DNA of 64,000 nucleotides from Watersipora subatra (lineage: Eukaryota): assembly GCF_963576615.1 (NCBI RefSeq), contig NC_088708.1:42797115-42861114 (forward strand), read 5' to 3'. How positions within the stretch are numbered: position 1 is the first letter of the stretch; every line of letters starts with the position of its first letter. Shown piece after piece: positions 12,412 through 23,205 of this stretch. A program made the position numbers and the translations under genes. The notes under the pieces were generated by a model that saw only the letters and a list, made by a program, of their open reading frames with translations, was not told where the DNA came from and did no database searches.

Positions 12412-12770
12412 TGCACACTTACACACCTTATGTTTTATACACCAAATTCATTGACATTATGTGAATCTCTATCTACTATATAAACGACAAAAAATCTGTC
12501 TGTATATTTGTGTGTATATGTGTGTGTTAGTCTACCTTATAGAGCGGTCTTTCCTTTTTCGATTCAGTCGTACGAAGCGAACAAAATTAATATGAGTACC
12601 GTACTTTTCGGAGTATTAGACTTTTTTAATGATTTGAGCCATGCGGCTTATATAAGGGGGGCGGTTATTCTGCGGTTTTTTCTTTCAACCCTAGGGCGCA
12701 TTAACCGGAATTTCCGCTTAGTGCGCCTCTAGTGGTGAAAGAAAGCTTTTGTTTTCGCTTCGAAAATTAC

Positions 12771-13205
12771 CTACCAAAATTCTACTTCAAAATGGTAAGT
12801 ACTTCTCATTCATTGTTGTATTGTCTATGAATTGCCACGTCTCCACTACTTGAAAACGTTGCATTTGCCACTGTTGGTAATCGTAAACATGTTCATTTTC
12901 TTCCGCGGCTGAGTTACTTTTACTTTTTTTCCCGCTATGAGTATTACAGCTACTACAGAATTCGCACGGGTATTGCTACTGCGTTTTACCTACTAAATTT
13001 CTACTTCAAAAAGGTAAGAACTTTTCATTCATTGTTGGATTGTCTATGAATTGCCAAATCTCCACTATAATAGACGTTGCATTTGCCACTGTTGGTGATA
13101 GTAAACGTGTTCATTTCCTTCCGCAGCTGAGTTACTTCTATTTTTTTCCAGCTACAAGTACTACAGCTACTACAGAACTTGCACAGGTACTGCACGTTGC
13201 GATAG
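12771..13205. repeat. Tandem duplication of a ~220-bp unit (2 copies); each copy carries an ATG/AAG-GTAAGx donor-like site
   Basis: Copy 1 (ctaccaaaattctacttcaaaatgGTAAGTacttctcattcattgttg...) is ~85% identical to copy 2 (ctactaaatttctacttcaaaaagGTAAGAacttttcattcattgttg...). Confidence 0.7.
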
Positions 13206-14394
13206 GTGACGGTGAGAAGAAAGAGAGCAGCTGGTACCGACTTACTGTCAGCCTGCTTTAGCCATGGCCAGTTGTACATTGCCTGCTCAAAAGTAGGCAC
13301 AAGCCAAAACGGTTTGTTCATACACCCGGCAGAAAAACAAAAGATGTTGTTTATCCGCAAGTGTTGCGTTGAATTAACATTGTGTTATTGTTATGTCATG
13401 CTTGCATTAAATTAACATTATGTTATTTTTATATAATGCTTCGTTCCTCATGTTCTGCTATACGTACATATTATCCACATGCAGCATTTTCTCACATGTT
13501 TTTCAGTATATATATATATTTTCATGCATTCGTTTTCCTTATTTATCTCATTAAAAGGCTATCATGTTGGCATTATGTTTTATTATTGTAAGGTGCTAAT
13601 GCTGTCTGCTTTGACATCATACTGTCTGTGCTGTTATACATATAAATTTTATCAACAAAACCACATTACTGCTGCACTGTTTGGATATACCATGTCAAAA
13701 CGCAGGTTATAGACGAAGAACTGGTGAGCCATGATCAGTGTTTTAAGCATACATGTAGAAGTGTCCATTCAATAAATGCTGGTGATAGCAAAATATTTTG
13801 TAGAATTTCTTCAAAGATGCAAAATTTTTCAATACTGCCAGGTTGAAGAACTTCAGTTTGCCTAGCAATGTCAATTTCATTATCAGTTCTCTGTACAAAA
13901 AATAGGACAACTCCAATTTGAGTGGTTTGAGACTGATGCATTGTACATGTAGACTAGCTGTAAAATACAGTGCAGATTTCCATTGTTCTCCCAACATTAT
14001 TGAAATGTATGACTGCATATGTGTATGCATACACTGATCAAGGCAACAATTTTAGTAGACTGCATATTTGGAGCTGTTTTACAGTATGAAAGACAACTCT
14101 CAATAAATCGCTTGCTGTACGTGAATCTGTTCCCGTAGACATGTAATGTAGCTAATTTTAGACTACTGGTACTGAACTCACCATCTACTGACTAAGGAGA
14201 GACCTGTTACCGGTATGTATAATTTAGGCAATGAATCCCCTACCTCGCTTTAGAAAGTAGTTAAGTTGCTAAGTATAGCAATTTGAAAAAATTTGATAAT
14301 TGCTGATTAATTTATGAAACAGTAAAATATTTTCGTTCAAATTACTTGTTGTAGCTTGCACACAACAGGCAATCTATCAGACAATATCATATAG

Positions 14395-14490
14395 TCTATC
14401 AAAAAAAAGGCTTTTAGATCAAGGCTTACAGTTTACTGTAATGAGCCCTACAATCTACTAAAACAGGATTTGCAATCTATTAGAACAGAG
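14395..14490. repeat. Degenerate ~22-25-bp tandem repeat (..ACAATCTATTAGAACAGAGCTTATA..), also present at 16940-17125
   Basis: The same repeat family flanks a ~2.4-kb segment that contains the 39-bp array. Confidence 0.5.
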
Positions 14491-16471
14491 CTTATATGGG
14501 TAAGATTTTTTATTATGAGAATCGCCAGATTTCGGAACCTCTTTTAAAATTTGACTGAAAATATACTTCAACGGGTAATTTTGCATCAATGTTTTCTATT
14601 TTCATAATCTGCAAATTTTATTCCATCATAAACTGTACAATATAATGAATATCGACCAGAAATGAAACTATAATAAATGTTTTATTGGTCATTGATGGTT
14701 ATGTATCTATGAGTATTATTCAGTTTTATCATTGCTGTTCTCTGTGTAAAAATAAAATATAACTTATACAATGTTTTCAGAGTAAAGTGAAACAACTTTT
14801 GTTACCGTTTAAATATAATTCATAAGTACTTTAATATCCAACAGTTTTAGCATTCTTAATACAATAGAATAGAGTGTCCACGTTGTCCATTAAAATTGGC
14901 CACAACCAAAATAGGCTTACTCGTATAAATTATCATAATTACCTCACCACTCCATCCAGACTCCGGACAAACTTTTAGTAAAACACGACATTTGACAATT
15001 CTAAAAATCTTTTACAATAATAACTGGTTTAAAACACAGGCGTTACAAAAATATTTACATCGTAAACGTGACACTCTTATTCAACTATGATTATCTTGCC
15101 AGCATCGCGAATTTAAAATTATCCCAGTTTCCACCTTCAACAATGAAAAAAGAATTATATACTATTCTAGCAAAATAGAATATACTGAAAAACCGCAAAA
15201 GAGATTATTGCGAATAGCTTCCTATTGGTGTCAACATCCCTTATTAGATATAGCAATACTGATGAGGGTATGTATGAGCAGGGATGATCATCACAGTCGT
15301 TACTCTTTAGTGTACGTATGGCTACATTTCCGTGAGTGGTTTGCGATATGAAAAAAACATCAGGACTGGTAGTAAAGTATCATTTCAATTAAATTTTCTA
15401 TATAATATACTGTTTACTATGCGCTTGTCTTACACTAACAGGCAATATAATGTGCTTTTGAGATGTTCTTGTCATTTGTTATTCTCTTGATAAATAATGA
15501 TACAGAAAAGCAAACATTAACAAAATCAATCTTATTTTTAGCAATACAGATATTAATATAAATACTATATTGTTTCTTGTATTATATTATTCATGTACTC
15601 TTACATGAAATTGAATAGTATTTTTAAACATGATATCTAACAAATATTTCATATATACATTTGTATTATGTGTATTACCACATATTCATTATTTATTCGA
15701 TTTTAATTTACCATTTACATTTATTATATAAATAATAATCATTCAATTATTTATCAATATGATATAAAAGTACGTAGTAATAATAGCTATATTATTAATA
15801 ATTAATAAAAATGGTACAATACTACATTAAAACATCACCTCTTAAGCTCAGATTACAACTGCTACTAGTGAATATTTACTGTTCATATTCTATAAAATGT
15901 TTATTAGTAGTGTTTCAGATGTTAGTCGGCAAAAATTTTACCAGCCACAAAAGTTACTAATTTTTAGTCAATGGAGATGACAAGTAAATAAATTTTAAAT
16001 ATCGTTCAATAAATATAGATAGATTTATTGACTGCAGAATCTGGTAATTGCTGCAACTTTATTTGTCAACTATACATATCAAATCAAATCTCTATTAAAA
16101 ATCTATTACTACGAACAAATTAATTCCTTTGTAATATTCTACATTGTATAATAATAATTCAATACTGTATGACAAATGTGGATACAGATGTGTTGATACC
16201 TGCAAGTAAGCGTCGGAAGTGAACTATTTATTTAATTGTGAGTTGTCTCCTTTGTATCTAAGTTTTAGTGATTAGGATCAAGTATGCAAAGCACCGAAAC
16301 AGCGTACTATCCTTCTGCAAGTCAGTAAACACAAAGTGTCACTTCATGCTGTGCTACCGAGTTCACTAGTGTCTTATGGCTATCATACTGTCACAAGTGT
16401 TTGCATTCCTATGAGACGTCACAAAATTGTCAATACATCATGGACCAATAAAGTAATTTAAAAATTTTTTT

Positions 16472-16905
16472 TAATTCTAAATAGCTATAATGTTATATTA
16501 TGACATATTAAAATTCTAAATAGCTATAATGTTATATTATGACATATTAAAATTCTAAATAGCTATAATGTTATATTATGACATATTAAAATTCTAAATA
16601 GCTATAATGTTATATTATGACATATTAAAATTCTAAATAGCTATAATGTTATATTATGACATATTAAAATTCTAAATAGCTATAATGTTATATTATGACA
16701 TATTAAAATTCTAAATAGCTATAATGTTATATTATGACATATTAAAATTCTAAATAGCTATAATGTTATATTATGACATATTAAAATTCTAAATAGCTAT
16801 AATGTTATATTATGACATATTAAAATTCTAAATAGCTATAATGTTATATTATGACATATTAAATTTCTAAATAGCTATAATGTTATATTATGACATATTA
16901 AAATT
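16472..16905. repeat. 39-bp tandem repeat, ~11 near-identical copies
   Basis: The unit is AATTCTAAATAGCTATAATGTTATATTATGACATATTAA. Confidence 0.9.
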
Positions 16906-16939
16906 TGACAAAGTATGAAAAGCTTTTAAAATTCACAAA

Positions 16940-17125
16940 ATTTGACTCAAATAAAAAATCTTGCCCATATTCTATTAGAAAGAGCTTATAATCAGTTAAA
17001 ACAGAGTTTATAATCTATTAAAGTGAGGTTTACAATCTATCAGAACAGAGCTTATATTCTTTTAGAAAAGACTTGCAACCAATTCGGAGAGAGCCTAAAA
17101 TCTATAAGAACAGTGATTTAAAGTT
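16940..17125. repeat. Second block of the degenerate ~22-25-bp repeat
   Basis: See 14395-14490. Confidence 0.5.
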
Positions 17126-18607
17126 ATTAGACAGTTTTTAAAATATTACAACTATGTAAAAAAATAAATAAGCTAAAGGAATTTAAACAATAATGCAGCA
17201 AAATAATAAAAATACTATAAATAAAATCAATTTAAACTACATCCAGTGTAAGTGAAAGTAAGTTAAGCAGAAGCATATTTCTACCAGATGTTTTACCACT
17301 GAACTTACGTATTGTTGAGCCAACACTTCTATTCACACATCTCAAAGTTAAAGCAACATTAAAAACCCTTTTACTGAATAATTGTTATTAATTTGGTCTT
17401 TACATTTAATACAGAATAGTAGTATTTTTCTACATATTTCATATATACTTGTTTTGTTGCTATGTCATAGCCTCAAGAACAGAACAAACATAAAAGGATG
17501 CATCGTTATAAGAATAATTGTTGAAACATCAGTTTTTACATACAAAGTAAATATTAAAATGAATTAGCTTCAAATTTTGATATTTGGTTGTAAAACATAT
17601 ATTTAATGTGTCAAAATGTAGCAAATAAAGAGAAAACAACTCCTGATGACGCTGAAGAATATGCCTGTCATGTCTATACTTACAAATTAACAATAATGTT
17701 ATATATGCAGATAGAAACTCTCATAAACAAGTTTAAGAATATTCCTTTAATCATATGACCATTTTAGAGAAAGTTTTCCTGCCGTTTTTTTACATACAAA
17801 CCAAATATCAGTATGAATCAACTTGGCATGTTGAGGTTTGACTTTGACGTTTTAGTTGAAGAGTGAAAGACATAAGCTGTACTGGAATGAAAACTGTACC
17901 TTAATACTCAGCTGTCTCGCCACCAGTAACTGAAGCTTGGCATTCTATATTCTATATCTCATTCAAACTACCATCTTCCATGGATGAACAAATGTCAAAT
18001 TATTAATTACAGACAACCAATTCTTCAACTTACATTAAAGATGAACAAACCTGAATGTACGGAAAAATTTTCATACCATTATTATATATTACTAGCAGTA
18101 AGCCCGGTGCTGCCAGAGAAATCTTTAACACAAATTGCTACATTTCTTTCAAGACAATCCATGAAGGCATTAATTAAGGACATTGTACTTAATGCATGCT
18201 GCAGACGCATTGTTGAGTTTCTAATCAAATGGGTGTTTAAGAGGCTGGTTTCTCAGTAACTAGACAGAGTTTGAAAACCAAATATGTTTGGCAACCTGGT
18301 GGAAGGCACGAAGAGTGTGCGCGAGAAGCTTTGATAAAACTGGTTCAAAATGTTCACACAGACTTACAAGAACAAACAAACACACAAACAGACAAAGTGG
18401 TTTGTTGATAAGGCTTTAGAATTCTAATCATCACCAGTTTTCTGAGCTCTAGTCAAACCTTGCATATCATTGAAGCTGACAAGCCTCTCCATTTCTAGCC
18501 ATGAAAGACTTGCACCGATGTCTCTCACGCAGTCCAATAATAATCTCCTGATAGTCAACCATTTTTTTAATAATAGTAAAAGCTATGAAGCAGTAAAAGA
18601 AGAATAC

Positions 18608-18682
18608 CTGTGGTTTTGGTAAAGCGCTGCAACTTTTTCGACGGATAGAAGTTCATAATTACTCCTCCGATGTGGTGTTGTG
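18608..18682 (-). CDS. ANKMY2: ANKMY2 exon 5 (AQHHIGGVIMNFYPSKKLQRFTKTT)
   Basis: It matches human QHDCVTIINNFFPRERLDYYTKPQG. It is 75 nt between a cag acceptor and a GTATTC donor, with consistent phase. Confidence 0.7.
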
Positions 18683-18789
18683 CTGAAGAGATAAGAACTT
18701 ATAAGTAGCAAATCGACAAGAACAAGTATTAAAAAAAATATTTTAGTTTCAGTGCCAACAGGAGAGAGGATCCTGAATTATCAAACATA

Positions 18790-19395
18790 GAGTTTAAAGA
18801 GAAACCAATGTATCACCATATACAGCTATGGTATTCATAGAGTTAAGAAAATAACCAATACGTCGTCATATATAGCTGTAATATTCAGTTTAAGAGAAAC
18901 CAATGTATCCCCATATATAGCTATGGTATTCATAGAGTTAAGAAAATAACCAATACGTCGTCATATATAGCTGTAATATTCAGTTTAAGAGAAACCAATG
19001 TATCCCCAAATATAGCTATGGTATTCATAGAGTTAAGAAAATAACCAATACGTCGTCATATATAGCTGTAATATTCATAATTTAAGAGAAACCAATGTAT
19101 CACCATATACAGCTATGGTATTCATAGAGTTAAGAAAATAACCAATACGTCGTCATATATAGCTGTAATATTCATAGTTTAAGAGAAACCAATGTATCAC
19201 CATATACAGCTATGGTATTCATAGAGTTAAGAAAATAACCAATACGTCATCATATATAGCTGTAATATTCATAGTTTAAGAGAAACCAATGTATCACCAC
19301 ATACAGCTATGGTATTCGTAGAGTTAAGAAAATAACCAATACGTCATCATATATAGCTGTAATATTCATAGTTTAAGGAAAAACCAATGTATCAT
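18790..19395. repeat. ~48-bp tandem repeat organised as a ~96-bp two-variant higher-order repeat, ~6 higher-order copies
   Basis: The two variants ACCAATGTATCACCATATACAGCTATGGTATTCATAGAGTTAAGAAAATA and ACCAATACGTCGTCATATATAGCTGTAATATTCAGTTTAAGAGAA alternate. The array begins ~54 bp from the ANKMY2 exon 4 donor. Confidence 0.85.
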
Positions 19396-19448
19396 CGACT
19401 GTAAGCTGCAAGCTTCAATAATTTTATCTGCAAAAGCGACATTCTTAC

Positions 19449-19547
19449 CAACAAATGCTGCCATTTCTCCAGCTGTCCTGTTGACAGAATTCCGAACATC
19501 AACTTTTGCTCCTGCATCTAGCAGCATATTTACAACATTTTCATTAC
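19449..19547 (-). CDS. ANKMY2: ANKMY2 exon 4, ankyrin repeat (GNENVVNMLLDAGAKVDVRNSVNRTAGEMAAFVG)
   Basis: It matches human NKDITWVMLEAGAETDVVNSVGRTAAQMAAFVG. A cacag acceptor precedes it, a GTAAGA donor follows it, and the phase is consistent with its neighbours. Confidence 0.8.
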
Positions 19548-20301
19548 CTGTGAATACACAAAAATTAGGCTCAAGTGTAAAGCAATTTAACCAGCATCAT
19601 GCATGCTCTGGCAAAATGTAGGCACAAGTAGGCATCCAATCGATATGACAAAGTAATCGATTAAAATCTTAGACCGGAAGATAAACCTACCTAAATTACA
19701 TTTATAACGTTTAGACCAGTATTTAATGCACTGATGCATGGCCAAAGGCATCGTGCTGATGCAAGGGTGGAGACAAAGGTCAATCACAGATGTCAATGTT
19801 TTCTTTATTATGACTTAAATACTGTTATAATAATTTGAATGAACCTCAATGCTAAATGAATGCTAATTTTTAATCAAATCATACCTTGCACTGGTGATAT
19901 GCTTCCAAATGAATTTTTATGTTAAATGCTAATTAAAAATAACGATTTTTTAAGTTTAGTTGTATGAGACAAATGGTGTTTAAATGATGAACTTATCACA
20001 GCTGATAACTTTTACAAACTGAGAACTGAATTTGACAATAACAAAAATAGTGCATGAAGCGTAACTAATGCAAAGCATCACTGGATATAGTATCAACATC
20101 CCCTACTCACGCTAATGAAAGCTTGAGTAGGGGATGTTGGTACTGAATATCAGCTTGTATACCAAGGTCTAAGACCTCCACCTCCACCCTCCTCCTTTAA
20201 GATAACACAATGTAATTAATAGCATTGCAATACCACCACAGTTAACTATCCAAATTCATGTACTGATGTGATCATGTGAACATGTACAAAGCAGTTCAGA
20301 C

Positions 20302-20440
20302 CTGAAAGAGCTCCAAACATAAGCGCTGTGTATTTGTTTTCGTGTTTGTCAGAATTTACATCAGCTCCATGATCCAGTAGTATTTGGCACAGTTCCTCAT
20401 TACCTCTGAATGAGGCATGCTGGAGAGCAGTCATGCCGTT
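20302..20440 (-). CDS. ANKMY2: ANKMY2 exon 3, ankyrin repeats ([46 protein letters not shown])
   Basis: It has a classic ankyrin-repeat consensus and closely matches the recalled human ENGMTPLMHAAYKG...HGADVNCHQHEHGYTALMFAALSG. It lies between a ttttgcag acceptor and a GTCTGA donor. Confidence 0.8.
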
Positions 20441-20454
20441 CTGCAAAACAAGTA

Positions 20455-20635
20455 GCGTGTAACAGATAACATGTATCATGTAACGTATAACCTGTGGCAT
20501 GTAGCAGGTAACATTTAACAGGTAACATGTAACAAATAACCCATGGCATGTAGCAGGTAACATGTAGCATTTAACAGGTAACATGTAACAGATAACCCGT
20601 GGCATGTAGCAGGTAACATTTAACAGGTAGCGGAT
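20455..20635. repeat. ~60-bp tandem repeat, 3 copies, abutting the ANKMY2 exon 3 acceptor
   Basis: The unit aacaggtaacatgtaacaaataacccatggcatgtagcaggtaacatttaacagg is repeated. ORF 20246-20605(-) runs from the real ankyrin exon into this array. Confidence 0.7.
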
Positions 20636-21188
20636 ATCAAAGTTGGTTCAAGATTCAACGCGCTACCACAAAACTTCTTGCGTATGCTCAATACTAACTA
20701 TCTATAAACGCGAGTAATACTAGCGTACAAACTTGTGTTTAGTTAATATAATGAACAATAGAGACCTTCTAAAATCAAAAATTTACATCATAAGTTGAAC
20801 CTTTGTGTTAATAATAATTACTACAAGCAGATGCCTATAAAATCATGTAGTTAGTCTAAGAGTTTATGGAAATAAACAAACATAAAGAGAATATCTTCCC
20901 GTCATTGGATTATGAATATACATAAATCTTAAATGATGTCTCTACTCTCAGAGCTAAAAAATATAACAATTGCGCAAGCTTAGGTAACTAGGTACACCAG
21001 ATATTTTCTATAGATGAACAGATGATGAGACACTGGTCAATGCTGCCTATGTAACTATTCATGCCAACCTTTCATCACACCTACTTTTTATTATAACACG
21101 GTAAGTGCAGTACATTTTGTTTACTTCTCCCGATATTATCACAGATTGTGTCATAATGAGCTTAAAAATTGCAACTCTAAGCTACTAA

Positions 21189-21257
21189 CCATATCGACCA
21201 AATCCACATTGAAAGAAGGATTCTCTTCCAAAAATGTCTTCATCCCCATAGTATCAC
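21189..21257 (-). CDS. ANKMY2: ANKMY2 exon 2 (G)DTMGMKTFLEENPSFNVDLVDM
   Basis: A tattag acceptor precedes it and a GTTAGT donor follows it. The phase links exon 1 (phase 1) to exon 3 (phase 0). The peptide resembles human TVQEAGTLLSSKNVRVNCLDE. Confidence 0.5.
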
Positions 21258-21644
21258 CTAATAGGACGATATATGACAGATGCATAATGTTACAACAGCC
21301 AGCAATAAAAAACAGCGTGATATGGTTAAACAGCGTAGTTCCAAGTGAAAGTACAAAGTTCACATTGTTTTTATTAGGATTTGCTGACATCCTGTTTACA
21401 AGTTGCTTCTCAACAAATGTGCTGACGCTGTTTTTAATTCATAGCTACCTGCTATCTATGGCTCTCAGTTAGAGACAATTAATATTAAGCAAAAATAGGA
21501 AATCAATATCTTTGGTTTCTCTCCTACTCGAGCATAAGTGTGACGTCATCACAAATGAACAACAAATCTCTTGTATATGTTAACATTGCATTTTAATATT
21601 TCTATCGCTTATTAGAAATTAAAAACAATTTAAAAACCTCTTAC

Positions 21645-21717
21645 CTTTTCCATCTTCCACCATTGCTAACCATTTTTTCTCAAGCGGACTCTTTTCAGTT
21701 CCTGCAGCCGCAGCCAT
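21645..21717 (-). CDS. ANKMY2: ANKMY2 ortholog, first coding exon (MAAAAGTEKSPLEKKWLAMVEDGK)
   Basis: The ATG (reverse complement of 21715-21717) follows an in-frame TGA immediately upstream. A GTAAGA donor ends the exon in phase 1. The peptide aligns to the recalled human ANKMY2 N-terminus ...EEKELLEVIGKG. Confidence 0.6.
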
Positions 21718-22223
21718 TGTTCAGCAGAACAAGGATCTAGCGGATACATATATATGGCACAAACTGAAGTTTACTATTTCACTCCATCTGATAGCAGAAT
21801 CGTGCCTATTTACTTTGTAGCCATGGCACAACATAAATTAACATGCCCAGTTACGAAATTGCACACTTCACACAAAAGTATCCAAACATTTAAATATCTC
21901 GAAGTGTGAGAGGATTGAAGGTACTGGTGGAAGCATCTATATGAACATGAACAACATAAGCAAGGAATTTAAGAGCTCTACTTCTAACAAAAATGAAACA
22001 CGCCAAAGAAAGTAAGTACAGTATATATATTACAGAAGTTCCTTTCAGCCAGCAAAGACCTTCTTTGGCTGACTTCACAATCAATGCCCTTTTTTCTTAA
22101 ATGTTGGGAAGAGGTTTGGTGAAGGCCTAGTCATTTTTTACTCGATTGTTTGCAAGGATACCACCTGATAGCAAGATTGCTTTGTTCAGGTTTAGTCAAG
22201 GTTACGCAGAGTGGCCCTTAATC

Positions 22224-22405
22224 AGGCCTGCCAACCCAAGAGTGGGGCAATGCGTGAGACTTGGTTTTGGGGCAATTGATGTAGCACTGATAGATAGGAT
22301 ATATAAAATTGTGGAAATAAGGGGCAAAAATCTCACGCATTTTCATTTTTTCTTTTGTGTTATTGCGTGAGTCTCACGCCCAATGCGTGAGAGTTAGCAG
22401 GCCTG
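22224..22405. mobile_element. Small MITE-like element upstream of ANKMY2
   Basis: The ends read CAGGCCTGCCAAC...GCGTGAGAC and, on the other side, the reverse complement GTCTCACGC...GTTAGCAGGCCTG. Confidence 0.35.
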
Positions 22406-23205
22406 CTCTCAATGCAACGCTAGAATTCCATATGAAAGTGCTGTTGGTAGGGAAAAGCACATTCGAAAATCTGAACGCATCGTTTTCCTTTTTTGAAATT
22501 AATTTGAAAATTACTTATAATAAATATTGCAACTTGAAGCACAGTATGTCGGTTTTATTGCAGTTTTCATTTGTTATAAAGAAAAACACAATTAACCAGC
22601 CAGGAGCTAGGTTAAGCCAAGAATTGTTCATGCTAGGTAAATATATCGAAACGACCGCTCAAAATCTTCGACTCTGCCTTACTACAGACGAACAGGTCTC
22701 CACGAGGTCTTACATATGTTTGCAGTAATTTTGTGTCGTAATATACAGAGTATATTCACGTAAAATGAAATAAAGAGTCAATCTAAACTTCTGGTTCAGT
22801 GTACGATAGTTGGGCAATACGTACTATAAGTAATGGAGGATAGACATAGATCGGTTTACAAGCACACAGGTGCGGCACATCGGAAGTAAGTTGAGCTTGG
22901 GATTTTCAAGCTAGTTTTGTGATAATTATGTATAAAATACCGAACAAGCGAGGCGCTTCATCGGCGGAAGAAAAAGGGCTACGAAAACCGATCTTCCCAA
23001 CTAAATATCTTTCTCGCTAAAATGCTGGGTTCAGAGCTAGAAGCACTGCGCCACATCTCTTACACAAAAGAGACGATAACTCAAAGTCAAAGGTATATGT
23101 TGTCAACCAAATCACTGTACAGACTGTAGACAACAGGGGTTCCCAACCTTTTTCATTCAGTTCTCCCCATATACCTTTTCATAAATTTGATTCCCCAATC
23201 CCCAC

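Noticed and set aside
12771-13205. Spliced-leader RNA gene tandem array
   Set aside because: An exon-GTAAGT structure is present, but there is no Sm-binding-site-like AATTTTGG and there are only two copies.
18425-18545. Candidate ANKMY2 exon (…SFNDMQ / EIIIGLRE…) following the 18608 exon
   Set aside because: No acceptor and phase combination gives an open frame continuing from exon 5, and the translation has no similarity to ANKMY2.
20246-20605. 119-aa minus-strand ORF
   Set aside because: Only 20302-20440 is a real ANKMY2 ankyrin exon. The rest is read-through into the intronic ~60-bp repeat.
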